From a virus (Duplodnaviria; Caudoviricetes), in IMG/VR virus record IMGVR_UViG_3300029288_000145, positions 12,931 through 76,930 of that record: a stretch of DNA of 64,000 nt. The stretch is one strand, 5' to 3'. The stretch's first letter is position 1. Each line of letters starts with the position of its first letter. A model generated the notes under the pieces. It was given only the letters and a program-made list of their open reading frames with translations. It was not told the origin of the DNA and made no database searches. A program made the position numbers and the translations under genes. Shown in pieces: positions 1-8,709 of the stretch.

Positions 1-244
1 TGATGGGGTCGAAGGGTTCTGCTTGGGACTGATCTGGTTTGGTATCGTCAAAACTACACTTAACGGCAATTTTTCCTCGCACAATATGTCCCTCGGCAAC
101 AACAGGCGTAAATGCTACAAAATGTGCGCAATGCACACACTCTTCACTACCAATAATGACTGCTGGAGACTGGTAGTGTCTTTTAAGTACCGGACATTCC
201 GCTACCGGCTTGTGCTCTTCATTTAATTCGCTGAAATAAATCAT
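1..244 (-). CDS. Hypothetical protein, 3'-truncated by the window edge
   Basis: Hand-translated from ATG at 244 (MIYFSELNEEHKPVAECPVLKRHYQ...) with no stop before position 1; collinear with the upstream minus-strand operon. Confidence 0.6.
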   Translation of the reverse strand, partial: MIYFSELNEEHKPVAECPVLKRHYQSPAVIIGSEECVHCAHFVAFTPVVAEGHIVRGKIAVKCSFDDTKPDQSQAEPFDPI

Positions 245-263
245 GTTTTTTGTTTTTTAAATA

Positions 264-488
264 TTATTCACTCGGACATTTATCAAAATATATCTGCTCA
301 TGAACCCTTAACACAATAAGTTCTTTAACGAAGGCCATTAAGTCCTGAAGGGTGTCTTTTGTGATTGGATATTCTACCTCTCTTTTTTCTTTATCCATAA
401 ACAGCATTTGACCGTCCATGTTTTGCAAGTGAACATATCCTAAGCACTCTAAGTGTTCAATGATGTCTAATTCGGTTATTTTTTTCAT
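264..488 (-). CDS. Hypothetical protein
   Basis: 74-aa ORF directly downstream of the primase-helicase. Confidence 0.6.
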   Translation of the reverse strand: MKKITELDIIEHLECLGYVHLQNMDGQMLFMDKEKREVEYPITKDTLQDLMAFVKELIVLRVHEQIYFDKCPSE

Positions 489-499
489 TCCGGTTTATT

Positions 500-2221
500 T
501 TAAAATGGTAATTGTTCTTCGTTAATTTCTGTCTTTTCTTCTTGATTTATATAATTAGTATTGTCATACGTTGTACCTGAAATATCACTTAAACTATACC
601 TGCCATTGGCCTCGTTGTATTTAAAAGAAATATCGCCTATTTTCCCTAAGTGCCTGAATTTTACTTTTTGAACATATATCTCCGTTGTTTCTTCCGTGAA
701 GTTCCTGTAAACACAAATTCCGTAATCGGTTTTATTATAAAAATGAGCTGAACCAGATATATCATACAGCGAAGGAATTTCGTATTCTGTGCTGTTTTTC
801 TTCTTTTGCATTTTCCGGGGATGTGCTGCAATTATAACAAGTATATGATTCTCCTGGGCAAAGTTTATGATCTTTGTCAGCATTTTGTTTATATACGTTG
901 TTTCGCTTTCACTCCCCATCTGGTGTTCAATTCTATTCCAGGGGTCAATAACAAGGATTTTGATATTATGCCGAAAGATTAGGCTCTTTGTTTCTGTGAA
1001 TATATTTTCAAGTGTATATTCACCATTATCAGGCTTTATGAAAAAAATGTGTTCAACAAGGTAGTTGAAACAATCATTAAATTCATCCATCGTTAATTGA
1101 TTAAGTGACTTGCCAGTAATTTTTTCGCTTATTTTTGCGTAATGAAGTTTTAAAGGATAATTCTCAGGACTGAAATAAGCAATTTTATATCCATGATAAA
1201 TCATAAACTTTGATACTAAAAAGTCTATAAATTCGCTTTTACCATGAGATGGTATTCCGGTAACAACTAACAACCTACCCAACTGCCAACGGATAAAATT
1301 ATCAAGTCCAGATATTTCCAACGTCATTCCCTGATCTATTCCGTTCTGATAAATGTCTAATATTTCTTCACGAATATCATTGAGTGTTACAACGCCTTTT
1401 ATTGGAAATCTTTTAGCATTTGTTATTGTTTCTACAAGTGCCTGTTTGCCATATTTTAATAAATATTCATTTGCATCTTTGCAGTCATTAAAATCAACCT
1501 TAAAGCATTTTTCTATTCCAAACCTGGCAGAAATTCTGTCCCTGAGATTTAACCCTGGTACATCGTTATCAACGGCAATATATATATTGATCTTATCTGT
1601 GAAGTAATTTATTACGTTGTCGAAATACTTAATATCAGCATTAGCCCCGTTTGGAACAGATATAACATTTTCAAGCCCAGCCTCAATATATGAAAGACAG
1701 TCTATTTCTCCTTCGGTGATTATTACGGAATTTGTTTTGTAAATGCTGTCTATGTTATAGGGTATTATTTCTGCCCCTTTAAATAACTTAAAGTTCTTTT
1801 CCTTGTCCCTAAATTTTATATTTACAAGTTCTTTATTTCTGTAATAGTTAAAACAAATACACTTAGTTTCTTTTCCTATTTGCGGGAAAAATTCATCTTT
1901 ACTAGTTACTTTTGCCTTTCTCAGGGTTTCGTGGGATATTCCCCTTTCGGAAAAATAATCAATAATATGCTGGCTTAATTCAATTTTAATTTCCGCCGGA
2001 ACCTCATAGGTTTGCTTTTTGTATATATATTCAATTTCGTTTAAGGTTCCTGATATTTTGCAATTATGACATTTAAAAACTCCTTTATCAATATCAACAG
2101 ATAAACTCAAATCGTTTTTATGCTTTCTGTAATCATGACAAAAGACACACTTGGTTTTCACACTCCCGGATGTTTTTCCGTAAAGATCGAATCCATGTAT
2201 ATTAAACTTAGCGATTTTCAT
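500..2221 (-). CDS. DNA primase-helicase (Zn finger + TOPRIM + DnaB-like helicase; T7 gp4/Twinkle type)
   Basis: N-terminal CVFC...CHNC zinc finger; TOPRIM motifs IITEGEIDCLS and IAVDND..G; KDANEYL; Walker A VTGIPSHGKS; Walker B LVIDPWN; C-terminal EQLPF tail. Confidence 0.92.
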   Translation of the reverse strand: MKIAKFNIHGFDLYGKTSGSVKTKCVFCHDYRKHKNDLSLSVDIDKGVFKCHNCKISGTLNEIEYIYKKQTYEVPAEIKIELSQHIIDYFSERGISHETLRKAKVTSKDEFFPQIGKETKCICFNYYRNKELVNIKFRDKEKNFKLFKGAEIIPYNIDSIYKTNSVIITEGEIDCLSYIEAGLENVISVPNGANADIKYFDNVINYFTDKINIYIAVDNDVPGLNLRDRISARFGIEKCFKVDFNDCKDANEYLLKYGKQALVETITNAKRFPIKGVVTLNDIREEILDIYQNGIDQGMTLEISGLDNFIRWQLGRLLVVTGIPSHGKSEFIDFLVSKFMIYHGYKIAYFSPENYPLKLHYAKISEKITGKSLNQLTMDEFNDCFNYLVEHIFFIKPDNGEYTLENIFTETKSLIFRHNIKILVIDPWNRIEHQMGSESETTYINKMLTKIINFAQENHILVIIAAHPRKMQKKKNSTEYEIPSLYDISGSAHFYNKTDYGICVYRNFTEETTEIYVQKVKFRHLGKIGDISFKYNEANGRYSLSDISGTTYDNTNYINQEEKTEINEEQLPF

Positions 2222-3008
2222 TCATTTCCTGTTTAAGACGTTCAATTTCCTCTGGTAACATATTTGCTCCGTTTGGATGATATAATTGCCAATAATGAAG
2301 TTTGTCTTTAATTTCATCCCAGGACTTTTCAATCTTTTCACCTCCGGTTATTGCCCGGACTTTAAACAACCGTACTTCTGGAGATTTTTGTGCCGTATTA
2401 TTTTTCCATGTTCTAACCGCCGCCTTCCATTTCTTCATTTTTGTTTTACCTACCATCCACCCCCTTGTTTCATAATAGTCATAAAAATATTGCCCAGTAA
2501 ATGAAGTTATGTTTTGTTCTTTAAGGTAATTATTTATTTCTTCAACTGATGGTATAATAAATATATTCTTTTCTTTATTTCCTTTATTATCTTTATTGTT
2601 TGTGTTACGCAGCTGTTCCTCAGCTGTTACTTGGCTGCTACTTGGCTGTTCTTTGGTTGCTACTTCTAAAACAGCGTTTTGCTGATATTCGTCATATTTA
2701 CAAATAGTTACGGTTGTGTAGTGGCTGTTACTATTTATTTTTATCATTTCTAACTTTTCTAATTTTTTCAACCACTTATAAATTGTGCTACCATCTATGC
2801 CTGTTTGCGCCTCAGCAGAATGTCTACCAAATAATAATTGCCCCCTGTTTAGATTTACTATGCTTTGACCCTGACCTATTTTAACACCAACAGTCTTTTG
2901 TTTATAATTTGCCTTTAATAGAAGCCATATCCAAATTTTCAACCCCTTTTCAGAGGCAAATATATTTGAATCCAGAAGGGTTCTGTGTAAATATATATAC
3001 CCTTCCAT
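2208..3008 (-). CDS. Phage replication initiator (replisome organiser, lambda O-like)
   Basis: GYIYLHR N-terminus, winged-HTH-like RGQLLFGR...LKKLEKLEMI segment, internal iterons, C-terminal FYDYYETRGW..GK.KMKKWKAAVRTW motif; overlaps the helicase start. Confidence 0.8.
   Translation of the reverse strand: MEGYIYLHRTLLDSNIFASEKGLKIWIWLLLKANYKQKTVGVKIGQGQSIVNLNRGQLLFGRHSAEAQTGIDGSTIYKWLKKLEKLEMIKINSNSHYTTVTICKYDEYQQNAVLEVATKEQPSSSQVTAEEQLRNTNNKDNKGNKEKNIFIIPSVEEINNYLKEQNITSFTGQYFYDYYETRGWMVGKTKMKKWKAAVRTWKNNTAQKSPEVRLFKVRAITGGEKIEKSWDEIKDKLHYWQLYHPNGANMLPEEIERLKQEMNENR
2610..2664. repeat. Five tandem 11-bp iterons (candidate replication origin)
   Basis: CAGCTGTTCCT, CAGCTGTTACT, TGGCTGCTACT, TGGCTGTTCTT, TGGTTGCTACT inside the initiator gene, beside an AT-rich tract (about 2555-2600). 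Confidence 0.7.
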
Positions 3009-3009
3009 A

Positions 3010-3378
3010 TTATTTCTGATTATCTATCATAAAATTTAATGCCTCCTTGAAGTTTATTTTGTTGTTTTCTATCCAGTAAGTATATATATCCAATGTGTGT
3101 AAGCACACTCCATTATTATACAAACTCTCAATTATTTTTTTTTCATACTCCTTACAAGAAATACTATAATCTTCATGACAATCACTACATAATGTTATTA
3201 AACTTTCAATAGGATATTCCCATACATTTTTATTGGGTGAATAATAATTATGGTGCACATGCAATGTGTTTGTTTTTGACCCACAATACTGACAGGTAAA
3301 TTCATCTCGTTCTAAAACCTTCAGTCTTATTTTTTGCCATTCTGGGTGATTATATTGTTTGGCAAATTCTTTTTTCAT
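3010..3378 (-). CDS. HNH endonuclease
   Basis: RDEFTCQYCG...LHVHHNYY...LITLCSDCH. Confidence 0.85.
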   Translation of the reverse strand: MKKEFAKQYNHPEWQKIRLKVLERDEFTCQYCGSKTNTLHVHHNYYSPNKNVWEYPIESLITLCSDCHEDYSISCKEYEKKIIESLYNNGVCLHTLDIYTYWIENNKINFKEALNFMIDNQK

Positions 3379-3390
3379 GACATGAAATAT

Positions 3391-3498
3391 TAAAACCCCT
3401 ACTCACAGACGGGTTATTCAGACCTACCTTATGCAAGGATGTGTGTCCGTTTTCGGGGTTCTTTTTAGATTGATTTAACATAAGGTAAATCTGAATAA
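3391..3498 (-). ncRNA. Structured 5' leader RNA of the replication operon (20-bp stem, possible pseudoknot, 27-codon uORF)
   Basis: Arms 3479-3498 and 3414-3433 pair 20/20 on the minus-strand transcript using two G-U wobbles; begins just downstream of the promoter at 3504-3535. Confidence 0.6.
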
Positions 3499-3503
3499 GA
3501 CTA

Positions 3504-3541
3504 CAAATTTACACAATGCTTTTTCGTTTTCCAAACTGACC
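3504..3541 (-). promoter_or_regulatory. Bacteroidota sigma-A type promoter, class B (GTCAGTTTGG-N-TAAATTTG)
   Basis: TTTG and TAAATTTG separated by 20 nt. Confidence 0.7.
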
Positions 3542-3548
3542 CGGCTGG

Positions 3549-3743
3549 TTATGCTATCCCCAGTCCCCTGATGTCGTTCCAGATGCGGTCAAACTGTTTG
3601 TGGGTTTCCTCTTCTGTCTTAAATTTGACGGCATTGTTATTGCCATCAACGCCAGCGAACTGGATGACGCTTTCCCAGGTCTCGATGTTTTTTACCTGAT
3701 CAAGATTAACGATTAAATCTTCACATTTCACGAAATTTGCCAT
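3549..3743 (-). CDS. Hypothetical protein
   Basis: 64-aa ORF in operon. Confidence 0.6.
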   Translation of the reverse strand: MANFVKCEDLIVNLDQVKNIETWESVIQFAGVDGNNNAVKFKTEEETHKQFDRIWNDIRGLGIA

Positions 3744-3814
3744 AATATTTGTTTTTTAAATGGTTTCAAATAATTCCCTTTCAGCCTTGCGCCTTGCAAC
3801 AAGTCCAGGTAATA

Positions 3815-4297
3815 TTACACTTTTACCGTATTTAATCTTGGATCGGTAAACACAATTTCGGGATGAACAAATATTGTGTTTTTGTATTTCCTGATTCTCA
3901 GCATTACCTCACCTCCATTGCTCTGGTTGTTCATACTCGTATTTCCCTCGATGGAATAAAAGGTGTAGTCATCTCTTTGTTCCTGGTATATACCAACATG
4001 GTCGAATTTACCATCTCCCTGCCAGTCGAAGAAAACAATATCTCCCGGAACAGGATCATCGGTAATCCACTTTTTCTTTTTGAAGTATTGCAGGGCTGTA
4101 TATACCCCAGCAAAACCTTTTGTGTAACCAATATTACCCAATGGGTAACCGGACTGGTCATAAACCCATGATACGAATATCCCACACCAGGGGAGACCAT
4201 CAAGGCCAAACCATTCGCCATACTTTGTTTTGTTTGAGTTGGGAGGATATTCTTTATATCCTATTTCCCCCTCTGCAACTTTAATAATTTCTTTCAT
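3815..4297 (-). CDS. CHAP-domain peptidoglycan hydrolase (endolysin candidate)
   Basis: PWCGIFVSWV (catalytic Cys), PGDIVFFDW...DHVGI (His), SIEGNTS. Confidence 0.85.
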   Translation of the reverse strand: MKEIIKVAEGEIGYKEYPPNSNKTKYGEWFGLDGLPWCGIFVSWVYDQSGYPLGNIGYTKGFAGVYTALQYFKKKKWITDDPVPGDIVFFDWQGDGKFDHVGIYQEQRDDYTFYSIEGNTSMNNQSNGGEVMLRIRKYKNTIFVHPEIVFTDPRLNTVKV

Positions 4298-4547
4298 TTC
4301 CTTTTATGTATTTTTCAAGTAAATTCGGGTCATAAACAACCAAGGAGTTTTGTACCGGAACCCGATCTGGATTTTCCGGGATGGTCACCTTCACTGTGGC
4401 GAAATAGTAAATTTCGTTCACCACCTTACCGGCCTCTTTCCGGGTCGGGTATATCGTCCTGCCGGTATAAAAAAAGTCACCATTTCGGTATATATTTACC
4501 CACCCACAACGGTAGTTTTTGTTTTGCAAAGATTTTGGCAAACCCAT
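4281..4547 (-). CDS. Hypothetical protein (GWVNIY motif; related to the C-terminus of 12075-12458)
   Basis: CGWVNIY...ATVKV resembles EGWINIY...ATIHI. Confidence 0.55.
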   Translation of the reverse strand: MGLPKSLQNKNYRCGWVNIYRNGDFFYTGRTIYPTRKEAGKVVNEIYYFATVKVTIPENPDRVPVQNSLVVYDPNLLEKYIKGNERNY

Positions 4548-4551
4548 ACTG

Positions 4552-4971
4552 CTACCGACTTACGACTACTTTAAGGGTGTCTCCGGCAATGAATAATGTC
4601 CTGGGTGCTATAAGGGGAAACTCGTACTTCCACATGGAGGCTGAATCCGTTGGCCGGCAGATAAAGGTGGTCTTTTGCGACACCGGGTCATAGTCTATCC
4701 TCCAGACGTATGCTACCGGAATCGTCTTTATTTTTTCATATACCGCAATTCGTTTTCCCAACTCTTCATTCCAGGATTTATATACTATTGTTATTATAAC
4801 AAATACAGCCGCCAGTAAATATGGAAAAATACGTTTCATAACTTTCTCTACTTTATACCCATAATACACTTGCGTAATATATGGTGTTGACGGTGAAACA
4901 TATGATGATGACGGTGAATAATCTCTTGGCATGATTTTAAACTTTATACGGGTTAAACAAAATCCAAACAC
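4552..4971 (-). CDS. Hypothetical single-TM protein
   Basis: Hydrophobic segment IFPYLLAAVFVIITIVY; true start probably an internal Met. Confidence 0.55.
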   Translation of the reverse strand: MFGFCLTRIKFKIMPRDYSPSSSYVSPSTPYITQVYYGYKVEKVMKRIFPYLLAAVFVIITIVYKSWNEELGKRIAVYEKIKTIPVAYVWRIDYDPVSQKTTFICRPTDSASMWKYEFPLIAPRTLFIAGDTLKVVVSR

Positions 4972-5251
4972 GATCTGTTATGGCTGGCTTATAATTCACC
5001 ACATCAACAGAATTTGCCCGGACATAATTTTCACGGTCAACACTTAACACCTCGAACTTCGTACCGTCCTGGGTCATAAAGACATCATTGAGATATAGGC
5101 AGCGATCTTTGGGTATGAATTTGAGCGTGGCACCATATCTTTTCTCCGGTTCAATTTTCAACAACCGGCAAATTCTCAGTTTCCACTTCGGCAGGTAACC
5201 CAATTCCATTACCCAGATCGTCTTGTCGTGAACTTCAACTACTTTATTCAT
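4937..5251 (-). CDS. Hypothetical protein
   Basis: 104-aa ORF overlapping its neighbours. Confidence 0.55.
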   Translation of the reverse strand: MNKVVEVHDKTIWVMELGYLPKWKLRICRLLKIEPEKRYGATLKFIPKDRCLYLNDVFMTQDGTKFEVLSVDRENYVRANSVDVVNYKPAITDRVWILFNPYKV

Positions 5252-5523
5252 GCCGCTTGTTTATTAAATTTTCTCATTAAACGAGATGCCTTGGCGTTCT
5301 TCCTGTTTCGCCGGATTTTGTTATTCCAGGCACGGAGTTTCATGTCTTTATAATACACCCATGAGCCTGTTTTTCTCGACTCTGTTTTATGTGCTACCGG
5401 ATATTTGGTAAGGTATTCTGGGTTTTCCTCTTTGTGTTCCTGATTGGGAACGGGAGGGGTTTCAACAACCTTTTTTGGTCTGGCGTGAAACAGTGTGCGT
5501 ACTTTTTGAAACGGAGTTTTCAT
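5248..5523 (-). CDS. Basic hypothetical protein
   Basis: Start moved to MKTPF because the promoter -7 box at 5536-5543 overlaps the longer call. Confidence 0.55.
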   Translation of the reverse strand: MKTPFQKVRTLFHARPKKVVETPPVPNQEHKEENPEYLTKYPVAHKTESRKTGSWVYYKDMKLRAWNNKIRRNRKNAKASRLMRKFNKQAA

Positions 5524-5535
5524 TATTTTTTTGAA

Positions 5536-5579
5536 CAAAGTTAATAATAAGACCCACCCTTATCCAAATTTATTTTAAA
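5536..5579 (-). promoter_or_regulatory. Sigma-A type promoter, class A (AAAATAAATTTGG-N-TAACTTTG)
   Basis: 21-nt spacing; 5556-5579 is an exact 24-bp copy of 9231-9254. Confidence 0.7.
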
Positions 5580-5593
5580 TTTTCTTTTCGGGG

Positions 5594-5887
5594 TCAGTCC
5601 TTTTTATCCGTATAACTCGATGCGCTAGAGGTTTCGGTTGGTGGCAGTGGCTTATAATCTGCCGTTCGGCATCCGTACATTGTTACTATACCCGGCCAAT
5701 ATGGTTTAGGAATTGTCGGACTATCAGGATATGCGGGAATTATTGGATTAACCGGTTCTGACCATTCCACCTCCTTCATCTTCTCAGTGATAAGTTTGAT
5801 CAGCATATCCATTTCTGGAATCGCTGTGTCAATAAATGTGGAGCTTAACACTCCTTGTAGCCAAAAAATAAAATCTCGTGGTTTCAT
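5594..5887 (-). CDS. Hypothetical protein
   Basis: 97-aa ORF starting MKPRDFIFWLQG. Confidence 0.6.
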   Translation of the reverse strand: MKPRDFIFWLQGVLSSTFIDTAIPEMDMLIKLITEKMKEVEWSEPVNPIIPAYPDSPTIPKPYWPGIVTMYGCRTADYKPLPPTETSSASSYTDKKD

Positions 5888-5907
5888 ATTATTATTTTAA
5901 AATTGTT

Positions 5908-6054
5908 TTAGTCAACATGCGAGTCCCAGTATTCACGCCTGTTTCTGTCAGACGTGCTTACAATTAACAGCATTATTTCGAGCACCATAATAACGAAAAA
6001 ACACGCTACTATCCGGAACGGCAGAAGCACAATGTCTGTGATTTTCTGTTTCAT
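5908..6054 (-). CDS. Small membrane protein (not in ORF track)
   Basis: Hand-translated MKQKITDIVLLPFRIVACFFVIMVLEIMLLIVSTSDRNRREYWDSHVD. Confidence 0.5.
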   Translation of the reverse strand: MKQKITDIVLLPFRIVACFFVIMVLEIMLLIVSTSDRNRREYWDSHVD

Positions 6055-6068
6055 AAATTTGATTTTAA

Positions 6069-6359
6069 TTATTCTGTTCCTTCCTTATATTCATTGCAAA
6101 ATCGCTCACATAATCCCCCCCACCCAAATCCATTTGAAAATTCTTCGATCAGCTTATTCTCCTCATCAGAGTATTTCGCCTTATCCCAGGTCGGGTCGCC
6201 ATTTCTTTCCAGGGATGCGTATGTTTGTCCTTCATCGTATTGACGTATTCCCCACGCCTCAGTCCAGCCAATGCCGTCACTTTCCATTTTAGGAAACGCC
6301 TCAAATTCTACACTGAGCATCTCCCCGTCTGGTTTCTCTATGTTTTGCGTGAGTTTCAT
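6069..6359 (-). CDS. Hypothetical acidic protein
   Basis: Internal start MKLTQNIEK chosen to avoid a long overlap with 6412-6675. Confidence 0.55.
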   Translation of the reverse strand: MKLTQNIEKPDGEMLSVEFEAFPKMESDGIGWTEAWGIRQYDEGQTYASLERNGDPTWDKAKYSDEENKLIEEFSNGFGWGGLCERFCNEYKEGTE

Positions 6360-6411
6360 TTCTTTTGCGGGGTGCAGGCTGTAAGTATCAGAAGTAAGTA
6401 GATTAGTTTTT

Positions 6412-6675
6412 TCATTCCGGTTCTTGTTTAGATTTATAACAATCAATTTCTGTAAACGTGTCAAAATCACAATACTGGTTTTTGCCTGAGTTATTACAGG
6501 TATCCCATTTGGGACATGGAAACCTATGTGCCTGCTTATTTTGCCTTGACTCCATAACCAGACCTTCAAGCCACTCTGTATATTCCTTTGTATATATCTT
6601 TCCATCTGGATATATGTCAGAATTTATCCATGCGGCATGACCTGTGGCCTCAAATTCTTTTTGTAGGTAGTTCAT
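6412..6675 (-). CDS. Hypothetical protein with Cys cluster
   Basis: YTEWLE motif and CPKWDTC...C...C. Confidence 0.6.
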   Translation of the reverse strand: MNYLQKEFEATGHAAWINSDIYPDGKIYTKEYTEWLEGLVMESRQNKQAHRFPCPKWDTCNNSGKNQYCDFDTFTEIDCYKSKQEPE

Positions 6676-6680
6676 TTCGT

Positions 6681-6908
6681 TTATTTTAAAGGTTCAATTA
6701 CCAAATACTTATCAGCAGCCAAGTCATCATAAGCTCCCCACTCCTCACCATCAGCATTAAGTAGACTGTAATAATCTTCTATTTTACGCACTTCCCAGAA
6801 GGTATATTCCCAATATGGCTCTATTTTAACATCAACAACATTCCAATATGTTGCTGCAATAACTAAAAACTCATGGTCTGCTTGCGGTTTTTTGTCTGTC
6901 CAGTTCAT
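6681..6908 (-). CDS. Hypothetical protein
   Basis: 75-aa ORF, translationally coupled. Confidence 0.6.
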   Translation of the reverse strand: MNWTDKKPQADHEFLVIAATYWNVVDVKIEPYWEYTFWEVRKIEDYYSLLNADGEEWGAYDDLAADKYLVIEPLK

Positions 6909-7168
6909 TTCGTTTCCTCCTTGAATTGATTATAAACTTCTTCAAATTTTGCGGGCTCACCGCTTATCTGAAAGTGATAGTCCCCATTCTCATACACCCA
7001 ATCGAACTGATTAAGAACTAGCCACGTTAAGAATTTTGCAGCCTCGTCCTTCCGGGCTTCGTCCAGCATCATTTCTACATCCCTATGATTATAACACATG
7101 TCTGCTGTTCCATCACCATTATCCATTGGAAAATATGGATGCTTTTGCATTATTTCATCATTGCTCAT
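6905..7168 (-). CDS. Hypothetical protein
   Basis: 87-aa ORF with ATGA overlap. Confidence 0.6.
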   Translation of the reverse strand: MSNDEIMQKHPYFPMDNGDGTADMCYNHRDVEMMLDEARKDEAAKFLTWLVLNQFDWVYENGDYHFQISGEPAKFEEVYNQFKEETK

Positions 7169-7377
7169 AATTGTTCTTTTATGCGGTTAATTACAAAGCT
7201 TGCTCCTAACTGAAATATCCGTACTTTTTCAAACCCTTCCTCTGAGTCTGAATCAAGTATGTTGTCAAGTCCATACATTTCAATTTCTTCATCATCCGGC
7301 AACTCGATCCCGGTGGGAATTGCATTGCGGTATTCCTGCGCATATATTTCATCTTCTTTTTCTGTGTATAGTTTCAT
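7165..7377 (-). CDS. Hypothetical protein
   Basis: 70-aa ORF with ATGA overlap. Confidence 0.6.
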   Translation of the reverse strand: MKLYTEKEDEIYAQEYRNAIPTGIELPDDEEIEMYGLDNILDSDSEEGFEKVRIFQLGASFVINRIKEQL

Positions 7378-7510
7378 TTTATTGAGTTTTATCTTTCTTC
7401 ATATTGGTAAATATACAAAACAACACTTCCGACATCGCCTGTTTTATCTCCTGTTGAATATGTGTATATTATCTTTCCGTCAGTTGTATGTGTTATCATA
7501 GCTTTTTATT

Positions 7511-7672
7511 TTACTCTTCTTCATAAACATAAGAAATAATCAATAATACAAGAACAAGCGACCACCCAAAAGCACTTGATATTGCTAAAGCAGGACACTT
7601 ATTTACATTCACTAGTACAAATGCGATATTTATTGCAATCAATAATATTACGATAATTTTACCTAGTTTCAT
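7511..7672 (-). CDS. Small two-TM membrane protein (not in ORF track)
   Basis: Hand-translated 53 aa MKLGKIIVILLIAINIAFVLVNV...WSLVLVLLIISYVYEEE. Confidence 0.55.
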   Translation of the reverse strand: MKLGKIIVILLIAINIAFVLVNVNKCPALAISSAFGWSLVLVLLIISYVYEEE

Positions 7673-7854
7673 ATCTCTGTTAGTTTTTTGATTTCAACCT
7701 GATATTTCTTGCACTGTTCGCAATCCTCATCCTTGTATCCGTTGCCGTGTAATTGCAAAAACACCGACTTATCATCAGCCATTTTTTCAAGATGCTCAAT
7801 ATACTTGCTTTGTAAGTGTATCAAAGTGTTTGCAATGTTTTTTTCGTATTTCAT
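7669..7854 (-). CDS. Hypothetical protein
   Basis: 61-aa ORF with ATGA overlap. Confidence 0.55.
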   Translation of the reverse strand: MKYEKNIANTLIHLQSKYIEHLEKMADDKSVFLQLHGNGYKDEDCEQCKKYQVEIKKLTEI

Positions 7855-8021
7855 AATTTTACTTTTTATTGGTTAATTTATTTCTTCCAATTGCTTTATT
7901 ATATTTTTCAACATCTTTTTTCAAGGCTTTATAGTCCTCAATAGTTATAGGCTTTCCGAAATAAGCCACTATTTCACCGCTTGTGGTTGTTACCATTTTG
8001 ATTTTTGGCATATAGTTTATT

Positions 8022-8354
8022 TTAAATTATTATTTTCTTCTCAATATGCCCAGCGTAACCCCTCCTCTTTAGTTCTTCAATCAGCTCTTCATCGGTTATG
8101 TCGGCGAACTTGTCCGGTTCCGTGTCCTGTTCCTCTACCGCCTCAATAACATCAAAAAGAATGTCAATCTGGAGCAGGGGAATATTAACCGGCGCAATAT
8201 TGGTGGGTAACATAACTTCAACATATTTCTCATGTGCATTGCGCACATCATAAATTTCTCCAGCAGCAATAAAATTCCTTATAGTCTTTTTTGCCATCAA
8301 AAAATGATCATCCCAAAATAAATCATCCCTGTATTTCTCTTCGTCTTTTATCAT
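8022..8354 (-). CDS. Hypothetical protein
   Basis: C-terminal ITDEELIEELKRRGY.G motif typical of Bacteroidota phage proteins. Confidence 0.6.
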   Translation of the reverse strand: MIKDEEKYRDDLFWDDHFLMAKKTIRNFIAAGEIYDVRNAHEKYVEVMLPTNIAPVNIPLLQIDILFDVIEAVEEQDTEPDKFADITDEELIEELKRRGYAGHIEKKIII

Positions 8355-8704
8355 TTTCCCTCCCCTATTAAAAGTTTTAACCCCTGGACGATGGCGTCAT
8401 GGGTGATGAATAACTTCGTATCGAAATATTTCTGCCGCTTCGGAATCCTGTCAAACCATTCATCGCCACTAGATTGGCAATATATTACTTGTAATGCACC
8501 CCTACAATCATGGACTTCTACATACCACCCAATCTTGCCATCATACGTATCATACGTGGGAATAGTTTCGATGTATATGCACTTGCCATACAAAAAATAC
8601 TCCACCAGATCATACGATATATCCTCACCAGGTGTTATTTCCATTCCGGACTGAGCCAGAAGAGATAATATTTCATCATTTACGTTGCTCGACATTAAGG
8701 CCAT
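8351..8704 (-). CDS. Hypothetical protein
   Basis: 117-aa ORF with ATGA overlap. Confidence 0.6.
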   Translation of the reverse strand: MALMSSNVNDEILSLLAQSGMEITPGEDISYDLVEYFLYGKCIYIETIPTYDTYDGKIGWYVEVHDCRGALQVIYCQSSGDEWFDRIPKRQKYFDTKLFITHDAIVQGLKLLIGEGK

Positions 8705-8709
8705 AATGT

